A program made the position numbers and the translations under genes. DNA of 52,854 bases from Candidatus Liptonbacteria bacterium (lineage in GTDB: Bacteria; Patescibacteriota; Minisyncoccia; UBA6257; 2-01-FULL-56-20), in NCBI GenBank assembly GCA_023244935.1, contig JAHFLJ010000002.1, forward strand, positions 1 to 52,854. Direction: 5' to 3'. Positions 7,584 to 15,662 of this stretch are shown one piece after another. Under the pieces are notes generated by a model. That model was not told the DNA's origin. It saw nothing but the letters and a program-made list of their open reading frames with translations, and searched no databases. Numbering within the stretch: the stretch's first letter is position 1; each line of letters begins with the position of its first letter.

Positions 7584-7600
7584 AAGGCGGACAGGGCTTA

Positions 7601-7770
7601 CGCTCGGCAACGAATTAAAATGAAAATGAATTGTTTTGCACAGTGTGCTCCCACAAGGAATCGGACCTTGATCAATTGCTTAAAAGGCAACTGCTTTACC
7701 ACTAAGCTATGGGAGCACACTAAGCACAACGCAAACCATTCATTTTCATTTTTAATGAGCGAACCGAGCG
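7601..7770. repeat. imperfect ~40-nt inverted repeat arms (7601..7640 and 7731..7770) bracketing the intact tRNA-Lys
   Basis: Arm 1 is cgctcggcaacgaattaaaatgaaaatgaattgttttgca. The reverse complement of arm 2 is cgctcggttcgctcattaaaaatgaaaatgaatggtttgc. They share cgctcgg and an attaaaa(a)tgaaaatgaat core, aligned by eye. Confidence 0.7.
7646..7716 (-). tRNA. tRNA-Lys (anticodon UUU), no encoded CCA
   Basis: The reverse complement is GCTCCCA-TA-GCTT-AGTGGTA-AAGC-A-GTTGC-CTTTTAA-GCAAT-TGAT-CAAGG-TCCGATT-CCTTG-TGGGAGC-A. This gives a 7-bp acceptor, a 4-bp D stem, a 5-bp anticodon stem and a 5-bp T stem. The core AGCAGTTG.CTTTTAA.CAATTG is typical of tRNA-Lys. The T-loop has C instead of the usual U at position 55. 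Confidence 0.85.
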
Positions 7771-7790
7771 ATGAGGCAAAGCCTCATAAA

Positions 7791-7820
7791 GTAACTGCTT
7801 TACCACTAAGCTATGGGAGC
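7791..7820 (-). pseudogene. 5'-half remnant of a tRNA-Lys-like gene
   Basis: The reverse complement GCTCCCATAGCTTAGTGGTAAAGCAGTTAC matches the 5' 30 nt of the intact tRNA at 29 of 30 positions. Homology stops at the anticodon loop. Confidence 0.65.
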
Positions 7821-7880
7821 TCTGTGAACTAAAAAATTGTAATATAAAAATTCGAAATCGTAAAGATAAACAGAGAATAT

Positions 7881-7990
7881 GGATTCCCGCCTTCGCGGGA
7901 ATGACAAGAGGAATAAAGTACTGGATCCCGGATGAGTACTCCGGGATGACAAGATAATAAATGGATCCTTCGCGTAGCTCAGGATGGCAG
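7881..7990. repeat. three REP-like palindromic units (GGAT.CC...GG.ATGACA family)
   Basis: Units: 7881..7907 ggattcccgccttcgcgggaatgacaa, 7923..7952 ggatcccggatgagtactccgggatgacaa and 7963..7990 ggatccttcgcgtagctcaggatggcag. When translated they give the spurious IPAFAGMT / SFPRRRES type peptides. Confidence 0.8.
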
Positions 7991-8007
7991 ATAGGGGAGG
8001 GTGAAGC

Positions 8008-8038
8008 ACAAAAAGAAGCCCCCGTGCGTGGCGGGGGC
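8008..8038 (-). terminator. intrinsic terminator of the small ORF 8121..8252
   Basis: On the minus strand there is a 7-bp stem GCCCCCG / CGGGGGC with a 7-nt loop, followed by TTCTTTTTG. Confidence 0.65.
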
Positions 8039-8120
8039 AAGATGTCCCGCCAAGGAGGCGGGATTGCGAAATTTAAACCTCGGGCAAACCCTCGGTTAAT
8101 TTCGGTAAGATGACGACAGG

Positions 8121-8252
8121 TTACTTCTTGAAGAACTTCTGGATTTTGTAGATGACCTTTTCGGTCATGCCGATTGAGATGATGACGAAGGTGAGGATGA
8201 GGGTTTTGCCGAGGTCGATGTCGTCAATGTCTTTGTCTTCCTTCGGGTACAT
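8121..8252 (-). CDS. 43-aa small membrane protein (unannotated in the ORF track)
   Basis: ATG (reverse complement of 8250-8252) preceded by AAAAGGAG at ideal spacing. Translation: MYPKEDKDIDDIDLGKTLILTFVIISIGMTEKVIYKIQKFFKK, with an acidic N-terminus, one TM helix and a basic C-terminus. It has its own terminator downstream. Confidence 0.55.
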   Translation of the reverse strand: MYPKEDKDIDDIDLGKTLILTFVIISIGMTEKVIYKIQKFFKK

Positions 8253-8324
8253 GGCGTGACTCCTTTTTGCTGATTAGGATTATGACACTTTGGATAAAAA
8301 CGTCAAATTAATTTATGACAATCT

Positions 8325-8390
8325 GGATTCCGGCTCGGAGGCCGGAATGACAAAACGATAAAGAGATCCTTCGCAAGCTCAGGATGACAG
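8325..8390. repeat. two REP-like palindromic units of the same family
   Basis: Units: 8325..8353 ggattccggctcggaggccggaatgacaa and 8364..8390 agatccttcgcaagctcaggatgacag. Confidence 0.8.
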
Positions 8391-8468
8391 ATGATTAATT
8401 ACTAATAACGCATTAAGCGCAAATTAAATTTTTGACTAATAACTTAAATTCTAGTAAACTATTTCGCA

Positions 8469-9704
8469 ATGCAGAGATATACAACGCTCGCTCTCATATC
8501 GATTGTTCTTGTAGCTGTTTTGGCCGGTTTCTTCGTCTATCCAAAAGGTTTCGGAGAAAAAAATATGCCTTGGAGGTTGGGGTTGGATTTGGTCGGTGGA
8601 AGTCACCTGGTTTACAATGTGGACCTTTCCGGCGTTCCGTCTAAAGATCAGGCTTCGGTTCTAAACGGTCTAAGAGATGTTATTGAGCGTCGTGTCAACT
8701 TGTTTGGGGTTAGTGAGCCTCAAGTTTATCTCGGAAAGTCCGGAGATCGTTCCGAATTAATAGTGGAACTCGCCGGAATAAAAGATATTGGTCAGGCGAT
8801 TGATATGATCGGGACAACTCCGATGTTGGATTTTAGAGAAGTGTTAGGCGAGGGAACCAGCACTCAGTTTTTGCCGACCAATTTAACCGGCAGATATATT
8901 TCCGGCGCGGAGTTGACTTTCGATCCGACCACTCAAGCTGCGCAGGTGTCGATTACTTTTAACGAAGAGGGAGCAACAATCTTTGAAGAATTAACCGGAA
9001 GGAATATCGGAAAGCCACTTGCAATTTTCTTGGATGGTGAGCCAATTGAAATTCCTACGGTTCAGTCAAAGATTTCCGGAGGGAAAGCTCAGATTACCGG
9101 GAAATTTACGATTGAAACCGCGCGACTATTGGTGGAGAGGTTTAATGCCGGAGCGCTTCCGGCGCCAATTACGCTTATCAATCAGCAGACAATAAGCCCT
9201 GCCTTGGGTGCAGGTTTTTTGCGTAGCGCAGTTGTTGCCGGAGCAGTTGGAACAGGGCTGGTAATTATTTTTATGTTAATTTATTACGGGTTTTTCGGAA
9301 TTTTTGCGGCTATCGCGCTTTTGATTTATGTCGCTCTTACTTTGGGAGTGTTTAAATTAGTCGGAATAACGATGTCTCTTGCAGGCATTGCCGGTTTTGT
9401 TATTACTATCGGAATGGCAGTAGACGCAAATATTTTGGTTTTTGAACGTGTTAAGGAAGAGCTAAAGAAAGGATTATCCCGAACTGCCTCGGTTGCTGAA
9501 GGTTTTAAGTTGGCTTGGCCTTCAATTCGCGATTCAAACACTTCTTCGATTATTACTGCGGTAATTCTTTACTTCTTTACCAGCAGTTTCGTTAAAGGAT
9601 TTGCTCTGACTCTTCTTATCGGAGTTTTGGTGAGCATGTTCTCGGCAATAACCACTACCAGATTATTGTTAAAGGTTTTCGTTAAAAATAATAAAGTTAA
9701 ATAA
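8469..9704 (+). CDS. secD: protein translocase subunit SecD
   Basis: 411 aa. It has an N-terminal TM helix, GLDLVGGSHLVYNVD, a periplasmic domain and a C-terminal six-TM RND-like block. secF follows 2 nt later. Confidence 0.9.
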   Translation: MQRYTTLALISIVLVAVLAGFFVYPKGFGEKNMPWRLGLDLVGGSHLVYNVDLSGVPSKDQASVLNGLRDVIERRVNLFGVSEPQVYLGKSGDRSELIVELAGIKDIGQAIDMIGTTPMLDFREVLGEGTSTQFLPTNLTGRYISGAELTFDPTTQAAQVSITFNEEGATIFEELTGRNIGKPLAIFLDGEPIEIPTVQSKISGGKAQITGKFTIETARLLVERFNAGALPAPITLINQQTISPALGAGFLRSAVVAGAVGTGLVIIFMLIYYGFFGIFAAIALLIYVALTLGVFKLVGITMSLAGIAGFVITIGMAVDANILVFERVKEELKKGLSRTASVAEGFKLAWPSIRDSNTSSIITAVILYFFTSSFVKGFALTLLIGVLVSMFSAITTTRLLLKVFVKNNKVK

Positions 9705-9706
9705 AC

Positions 9707-10603
9707 ATGGTAAATGTAATTGGACACAGAAAAATATACCTAGGAATTTCGGTAGTCTTGGTTGGAGCGGCAGTCTTCGCATCTTTGTTCTGGGGATTTA
9801 AACAGGGGATTGATTTTACCGGCGGAACGCTTTGGCAGTTTAAATTATCCGGCAACGAGTCATCTTCTCAAGTCGAAGAATTTTTCCGTAATGATTTGGA
9901 AGTCAACGAGGTAAAAATTAACACGGACGAGGAAGGCGGAAGTTTATTTGTTAGAATTCCGGATATTTCGGAGGCGGAGCATCAGAAGTTCTCTAATGAT
10001 TTAAAAACTAAATTCGGAGTTTTCGAAGAGATGAGTTTTCAGTCAATTGGTCCTTCGGTAGGAGCTGAGCTCCGACAGAAATCTATCACGGCTATGATTT
10101 TGGTATTGCTTGGAATTTCGTTGTATATTGCCTATGCATTTCGAAAAGTTTATCAGCCGATTAGTTCTTGGAAGTATGGAGTGGTGACTTTAGTCTCCCT
10201 TTTCCACGACGTGGCTATTCCGGCAGGAATGCTTGCGGTTTTGGGACACTTTGGAGCGGTTGAAATTGATGGAAACTTTGTGGTGGCGCTTTTGGTGGTA
10301 GTCGGTTTTTCGGTCCACGATACGATTGTGGTGTTCGATAGAATTCGAGAGAATCTATTAATTAGTCGCGGGAAGAAGGAATTTGGGGAGGTTATTAACG
10401 AGAGCGTAAACGAGACTTTGGCACGTTCGATTAATACTTCTTTGACTCTTATTTTGGTCTTATCGGCGCTTTATCTTGTGGGACCGGTAAGTCTTCACTA
10501 TTTCGTTCTGACCTTACTCGTTGGAGTTACGGTGGGTATTTATTCTTCAATTTTTGTAGCTAGTCCGCTTTTGTATGTGTGGCATAAGTTGTCCACAAGG
10601 TAG
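9707..10603 (+). CDS. secF: protein translocase subunit SecF
   Basis: 298 aa. It has GIDFTGGT and a C-terminal TM block with HDTIVVFDRIREN. Confidence 0.9.
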   Translation: MVNVIGHRKIYLGISVVLVGAAVFASLFWGFKQGIDFTGGTLWQFKLSGNESSSQVEEFFRNDLEVNEVKINTDEEGGSLFVRIPDISEAEHQKFSNDLKTKFGVFEEMSFQSIGPSVGAELRQKSITAMILVLLGISLYIAYAFRKVYQPISSWKYGVVTLVSLFHDVAIPAGMLAVLGHFGAVEIDGNFVVALLVVVGFSVHDTIVVFDRIRENLLISRGKKEFGEVINESVNETLARSINTSLTLILVLSALYLVGPVSLHYFVLTLLVGVTVGIYSSIFVASPLLYVWHKLSTR

Positions 10604-10655
10604 AAATTCTTGACAAAACGGTCAAATAAATATATAAATAAGCAAGATAAAATAC

Positions 10656-11690
10656 ATGGCAGAAGCTACAATCTTAAAGATATATAACGTTTTAACTAAG
10701 GATCTTGTCGACCGACAGAAAGATGTAATTGCCGGTCGTTTTGGTGTGCCATCCGGGGAGCCACAAACCTTGGAAGCAATCGGTAAGAAGTTTAGTGTTA
10801 CTCGAGAAAGGGTTCGTCAGATTGAGGCAACCGCTCTTTCGGATATGAGCCAGAAGCTTTCGGCTGTGCCCGCTTGTATAAAATTACTTGATAAGGGTAG
10901 GAAGTATTTAAAGTCTTCGGGAGGGGTCGTTTCTACGTCAACTATGGTTGATTATTTAAAGTCAGATGTTGCAGGTTTAAACGAAAATTATTTGGCGGTT
11001 TTGCTTGCGGTTTCAAAATATTTTAGCGCTTACGGCGAAGACGCCGATTTCAAATCTTTTTATTATAGCGATAAAGATTCTCTGAACAATGCCATTAAAT
11101 TGGTTTCTTCCTGGATTTCCGAAATGAATTCTTCTAAAGATAAAATTTTGATCGGAGGATACGATACCCATTATAAGAAATTTATTAAAGAAAAAGGTAT
11201 TCCTGCCGTTTATATGGAAAATTGTCTTTCTATTTCCAAAAAAATTCACTCCAATCCGTTTGGAGATAAAGGACTTGCCACCTGGCCGGAAATCAGACCG
11301 AAGACAATCCGGGATCGAATTTATTTGGTCTTGAAGAAGTCCGGAAAGCCGGAGCATTTTGCAAATATTGCTTCTTTGGTTAATACGGCTAAGTTCGATA
11401 ATAAAGTTGCCCTAGCTTCTACGGTTCACAATGAATTAATTAAAGACGAAAGATTTGTTTTGGTTGGCCGAGGAATGTATGGACTTTCGGAGTTTGGTTT
11501 TAAGCCGGGGACGGCTAAAGAGGTTATTAAGGAAGTTTTAAAGACTGCAGGTCCGCTTCGCTCCAAAGATATTGTTTTGGCCGTTCAAAAGAATAGATTT
11601 TTCAAATACAACACTATTTTGGTTAATCTTCAAAATAAAGATTTATTCTCACGAGGCGCGGACGGTAAATATACGGTTCGCGAGGTCTAA
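10656..11690 (+). CDS. sigma-70 region-4 HTH domain protein with C-terminal HARE-HTH-like winged-helix domains
   Basis: The N-terminus [12 protein letters not shown]...[26 protein letters not shown] is a sigma region 4.2 signature without regions 2/3. The C-terminal [25 protein letters not shown] and [21 protein letters not shown] resemble HARE-HTH. Confidence 0.6.
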   Translation: MAEATILKIYNVLTKDLVDRQKDVIAGRFGVPSGEPQTLEAIGKKFSVTRERVRQIEATALSDMSQKLSAVPACIKLLDKGRKYLKSSGGVVSTSTMVDYLKSDVAGLNENYLAVLLAVSKYFSAYGEDADFKSFYYSDKDSLNNAIKLVSSWISEMNSSKDKILIGGYDTHYKKFIKEKGIPAVYMENCLSISKKIHSNPFGDKGLATWPEIRPKTIRDRIYLVLKKSGKPEHFANIASLVNTAKFDNKVALASTVHNELIKDERFVLVGRGMYGLSEFGFKPGTAKEVIKEVLKTAGPLRSKDIVLAVQKNRFFKYNTILVNLQNKDLFSRGADGKYTVREV

Positions 11691-11739
11691 GGGTTCCAGG
11701 AGGGCGTAAAATTAAGCTGTTTGTGATATAATATTTTTA

Positions 11740-12978
11740 ATGTCATTTGATTTTTGGGGAGAGATTAAAGATTTTTTGATTAGTATTTGGTGGCTTATCA
11801 TCCCACTGGTTTTTTTGCCGATTTACGGATCACTTTCCACTTTTGTTTCGCAAGAAAAGAAGAAGCGAGAAAAGAAGTGGGTGGTTTTGGAAATTAAGAT
11901 GCCACGTGATTTGCAGAGAACTCCGGCTTCAATGGAACAGGTTTTGTCGACTATCCACGGATGGGGTGGAAAATCAAGCGATCGAGCAATCGATTGGACT
12001 TCTTTAGAATTGGTGAGTATCGGTGGACAAGTTCATTTCTATATTAGAGTGAAAGACTCTCTTAGAAATATTTTAGAGTCTTCACTTTTTTCGGTTTACC
12101 ACGATATTGAAGCCCGCGAGGTCGAAGATTACGTTTCGATGATTCCTTCGAATACCGGAATTTTACACGCTCAGGGAAAAGACGTTTGGGGAGCAGAGTT
12201 AATTTTAGATAAAGAAGGGGCGTATCCTATACGATCGTATACGGAATTTTCTTCCGGAGGAGATGAAAAACACTTTGATCCAATTTCGGTAATCATCGAA
12301 ATTTTAAGCCGAGTTAAAAAAGACGAGATTATCGGAATACAAATAATGTTGATGCCGGTTAAGACTAAAGACATCAAAAATCAATATAAACCAATTCTGG
12401 ATAAGCTTAAGGGACAAGATAAAGATTTAGGCGAGGAGACAAAACCAAAATCAACGACCGAAGCTAAAATTGCGCGCGCGATTGAAGCAAATTTTTCTAA
12501 GCCGTTTTTCGATACTTTAATTCGCGTAATTTATATTTCGCCGAAAGCTATTTTCCAGGAGAATTACGCGAAGACCGGATTGCTCTCTTCGTTTAATCAA
12601 TACTCTTCGCCGGATTTGAATTCATTTAAAGTAAATGACGGAGTGGCTGTTGGTGGAGCTAAGTCGGATAAATTTCCGTTTGTTTTTGCTGAGGCAAGGA
12701 ATCGAGACCGCAAAGAGTTTATGTTGCACAAATATCGTCATCGAGAAATTCCACAAAATACTTTATGGGGGGTTTTGCTTACTTCCACTCCGTTCCATAT
12801 AAATAACAAATCTGCGTTTATTCATCTTTCGATTGAGTCTTTGGCGACGATTTATCACTTGCCGACGATTGCAACGCTGACTGCGCCGTTTATTAAAGGC
12901 GTTGAAAGTAAAAAGGTTGGTCCTCCGGCCGGATTGGCAATTTTTGGAGAGGAAGGCGGAGAAGATTTATTCAAATAA
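11740..12978 (+). CDS. hypothetical membrane-anchored protein (412 aa), first gene of the VirD4-like ATPase module
   Basis: It has an N-terminal TM helix (ISIWWLIIPLVFLPIYGSL). Its stop is directly abutted by the next start (TAA 12976-78, ATG 12979). No family was recognised. Confidence 0.6.
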   Translation: MSFDFWGEIKDFLISIWWLIIPLVFLPIYGSLSTFVSQEKKKREKKWVVLEIKMPRDLQRTPASMEQVLSTIHGWGGKSSDRAIDWTSLELVSIGGQVHFYIRVKDSLRNILESSLFSVYHDIEAREVEDYVSMIPSNTGILHAQGKDVWGAELILDKEGAYPIRSYTEFSSGGDEKHFDPISVIIEILSRVKKDEIIGIQIMLMPVKTKDIKNQYKPILDKLKGQDKDLGEETKPKSTTEAKIARAIEANFSKPFFDTLIRVIYISPKAIFQENYAKTGLLSSFNQYSSPDLNSFKVNDGVAVGGAKSDKFPFVFAEARNRDRKEFMLHKYRHREIPQNTLWGVLLTSTPFHINNKSAFIHLSIESLATIYHLPTIATLTAPFIKGVESKKVGPPAGLAIFGEEGGEDLFK

Positions 12979-13485
12979 ATGGAAACTTTTATTACAAATA
13001 TTACAAATTTAGAAATTGTTCAGATGCTGGAATACGCGCGATATTTTTTGATGGGTTTTTCTTTAATTTTGGTCATCTTGACCATTCGAACTTTATTGGC
13101 AGGGATTAAGATGCGTCCGAAGTTCGCGCATGATAATTCCGCTCCGCTGATGACCATTAGGCGCGCTGAACTATTGGAAAAGTGGATTCAGATTAGGAAT
13201 AAATATGATTCCGGAGATATGGATAATTCCAAAGTGGCAATAATCCAAGCGGATGCATTGGTAGACATGATTTTAAAAAATGCCGGACTTGAAGGGGAAC
13301 ACATGGCTGACCGACTCATGAATATCGACCGAAGTGAGCTTCGTAGTTTGGAGGATATCTGGACTTCGCATAAGATTAGAAATAACGTGGTGCATACCGA
13401 TGGTTTTGAACTTTCCGTCGATTTAAGCGATAAGGCTATGCGTGGCTACGAGAAATTTTTGAAGGAGCTAAATATTATTCAATAA
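12979..13485 (+). CDS. small membrane-anchored protein with a C-terminal HEPN/DUF4145-like Rx4H motif
   Basis: 168 aa. It has a TM helix (FLMGFSLILVILTIRTLLAGI). The C-terminal helical region contains IWTSHKIRNNVVHTDGFELS (R-x4-H). Confidence 0.5.
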   Translation: METFITNITNLEIVQMLEYARYFLMGFSLILVILTIRTLLAGIKMRPKFAHDNSAPLMTIRRAELLEKWIQIRNKYDSGDMDNSKVAIIQADALVDMILKNAGLEGEHMADRLMNIDRSELRSLEDIWTSHKIRNNVVHTDGFELSVDLSDKAMRGYEKFLKELNIIQ

Positions 13486-13486
13486 A

Positions 13487-15052
13487 ATGGAAGAATCCAA
13501 AAAAGATGTAGTATTTTTTGCCAAGACCGACTTCCGGAATGCGGATAAGATTTTTGGTATAAAAAGACTGGATCGTCGTCAGCATACTTATGTCATCGGA
13601 AAAACCGGCACCGGTAAAACTACTTTAATTGAAAATATGGCCGTGCAGGACATTGTGAACGGGGAGGGTATTTGTTTTGTGGATCCACACGGTGAAGTTG
13701 TTGAGCGCTTACTTTCCAAAATCCCGAAAGAACGTTTGAACGACGTGGTTTATTTTAATCCTGCCGATCCGGACTTTCATGTCGGATTCAACCCCTTGGA
13801 AATTTCTGATCCGCAATATAAACATCTGGTTGCTTCCGGTCTCATGGGAATTTTCACAAAGATTTGGTCAGGAGTTTGGTCGGCGAGAATGGAATATATT
13901 TTGAATAACGCGGTCTTGGCGCTTTTGGAGACGCCCGGGTCAACCCTATTGGGCATTAATCGATTACTGGTAGATAAAGAGTATCGACAAAAAATTGTCG
14001 CGAATGTTAAAGATCCGGTAGTCAAAGCGTTTTGGGTGCAAGAATTCGAGACCTGGAAAGAACAGTTTAGAAACGAAGCAGTTACACCGATTCAAAATAA
14101 AGTCGGACAGTTTTTGTCTACGCCTTTAATGAGAAACATTTTGGGACAGCAGAAGAGCACCATTGATATTTACGAGATGATGAATCAGGGGAAAATCTTT
14201 TTAGTGAATGTTTCTAAGGGAAGAATCGGAGAAGATAACTCGGCGCTTTTGGGCGCTATGATTATTACGAAAATTCAGCTGGCGGCGATGGATAGAATTC
14301 GAATTCCGGAAGATGAGCGCGCCGATTTTTATTTATACGTCGACGAATTTCAGAACTTCGCTACGGATTCTTTCGCGAATATTTTATCGGAGGCAAGAAA
14401 ATATCACTTGGCTTTAACTTTGGCTCATCAGTATGTCGGACAATTGGTTGTGGATAACAACACTAAGATTCGCGATGCTATTTTTGGTAACGTTGGAACG
14501 ATGATTATATTTAGAGTGGGGGCGGCGGACGCGGAGTTTATGGCCAAAGAAGTTGAGCCGGAGTTTACTTCCCAAGATATGGTCAATCTTCCAAATCGAA
14601 AAATATATTTGAAGCTGATGGTGGATGGATTAACATCCAGACCATTTTCGGCGAGTACTTTGCCACCGGTTAAAATTAGTTTTGAGGTGCCATCGGAAGA
14701 GGAAGTTATTAAGGCTTCGCGAAAAAGGTATGCTCGTCCGCGACAGGCAGTGGAAGAAGAAATATTCGGCTGGAGTGGAGTTATGAATAACGTGCAGATT
14801 TTTAAAGAGCCAGGTTTCGTGGCGGGTCAGGTTGAACAATCGACAGAACGGCCAAGATCTACCGTGCCACAAATTTCACTTTCCAGTTTACAGGTAGAAG
14901 AAGAGAAAGACATTAAAGATAAACCAAAAGAAACGTCGGTCGATATCGATTCATTCAAATTGGCGATTTTAAATAAGCTAGGTATAAATAAGACAAATGA
15001 AAAAAAAGAAGCTGACGATTCAGATAGTAACGGCGTTTCCGGGGCTGATTAA
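13487..15052 (+). CDS. VirD4/TraD/TraG-like P-loop ATPase (type IV coupling-protein-like, soluble form)
   Basis: 521 aa. Walker A is VIGKTGTGKTT and Walker B is FYLYVDEFQNF. ARKYHLALTLAHQY and FGNVGTMIIFRVG are typical of TraD/TrwB-type AAD domains. It ends in a low-complexity acidic/Lys-rich tail. Confidence 0.7.
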   Translation: MEESKKDVVFFAKTDFRNADKIFGIKRLDRRQHTYVIGKTGTGKTTLIENMAVQDIVNGEGICFVDPHGEVVERLLSKIPKERLNDVVYFNPADPDFHVGFNPLEISDPQYKHLVASGLMGIFTKIWSGVWSARMEYILNNAVLALLETPGSTLLGINRLLVDKEYRQKIVANVKDPVVKAFWVQEFETWKEQFRNEAVTPIQNKVGQFLSTPLMRNILGQQKSTIDIYEMMNQGKIFLVNVSKGRIGEDNSALLGAMIITKIQLAAMDRIRIPEDERADFYLYVDEFQNFATDSFANILSEARKYHLALTLAHQYVGQLVVDNNTKIRDAIFGNVGTMIIFRVGAADAEFMAKEVEPEFTSQDMVNLPNRKIYLKLMVDGLTSRPFSASTLPPVKISFEVPSEEEVIKASRKRYARPRQAVEEEIFGWSGVMNNVQIFKEPGFVAGQVEQSTERPRSTVPQISLSSLQVEEEKDIKDKPKETSVDIDSFKLAILNKLGINKTNEKKEADDSDSNGVSGAD

Positions 15053-15662
15053 AGAATATACGACGGACTCGATGTTCAAGCGAGCGGTTTCCGCCGGGCT
15101 TTTGGAATTTAAATTTATCGATCTTAGAAAATTCGGCGAAGGCGTTCATAAAAAAATTGATGAACGTCCTTTCGGTGGTGGGCCAGGAATGGTTTTGCAA
15201 TTTGACCCGATTTGGCAAGCTCTTAAATCCGTAAAAACAAAGGCGAAAACCAAGAATGAGAAAGTAATTCTTTTTTCACTTCGCGGACGAAAACTTACCG
15301 GAAAAATTGCGGAAGATTTTTCCAAACTTAAGAAAATTACTTTGGTCTGTGGAAGGTATGAAGGAGTGGATGAACGAGTAGCGGAAAACTTGGTAGATGA
15401 AGAGATTTCGATAGGAGACTATGTTCTAAGCGGTGGTGAATTGCCCGCTTTAGTGCTTTCCGAGGCCGTGGCGAGGTTTTTACCGGGGTTCTTGGGTAAA
15501 CAGGAGTCGCTGGAGAGTATTCGCGGTTCTTACCCCGCATACAGCCGACCGGAGAAAATTATTAATTATAAAAAAGGAAAGGTTTTGAAGGTCCCTGAAG
15601 TTCTTCTTTCGGGAGACCATAAAAAAATAGCCGAATGGCGGCTCAAAAATTCTTCTTTATAA
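14997..15662 (+). CDS. trmD: tRNA (guanine37-N1)-methyltransferase
   Basis: 221 aa. Motifs: IVTAFPG, GRYEGVDERV and SIGDYVLSGGELPALVLSEAV. It overlaps the upstream ATPase gene by 56 nt. Confidence 0.9.
   Translation: MKKKKLTIQIVTAFPGLIKEYTTDSMFKRAVSAGLLEFKFIDLRKFGEGVHKKIDERPFGGGPGMVLQFDPIWQALKSVKTKAKTKNEKVILFSLRGRKLTGKIAEDFSKLKKITLVCGRYEGVDERVAENLVDEEISIGDYVLSGGELPALVLSEAVARFLPGFLGKQESLESIRGSYPAYSRPEKIINYKKGKVLKVPEVLLSGDHKKIAEWRLKNSSL

Noticed and set aside
7506-8040. ORF-track ORFs 7506..7832 (+), 7720..8040 (-) and 7806..8009 (-)
   Set aside because: They run straight through the tRNA-Lys gene, its remnants and the REP-like palindromes. Their peptides (VIPAKAGIH, SFPRRRES) are the known translation artefacts of such repeats.
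7881-8390. Possible CRISPR array (also 32357..32558)
   Set aside because: The units differ from each other in sequence and length and are themselves palindromic. Spacing is irregular (roughly 10-40 nt within clusters and hundreds of nt between clusters), and there are no cas genes. They are REP-like elements, not CRISPR repeats.
13487-15052. The VirD4-like ATPase as a marker of an integrated conjugative element or prophage
   Set aside because: No relaxase, VirB4, integrase, capsid or terminase genes are nearby. The gene is translationally overlapped with trmD and flanked by secDF and comEC, so it belongs to the core genome context.
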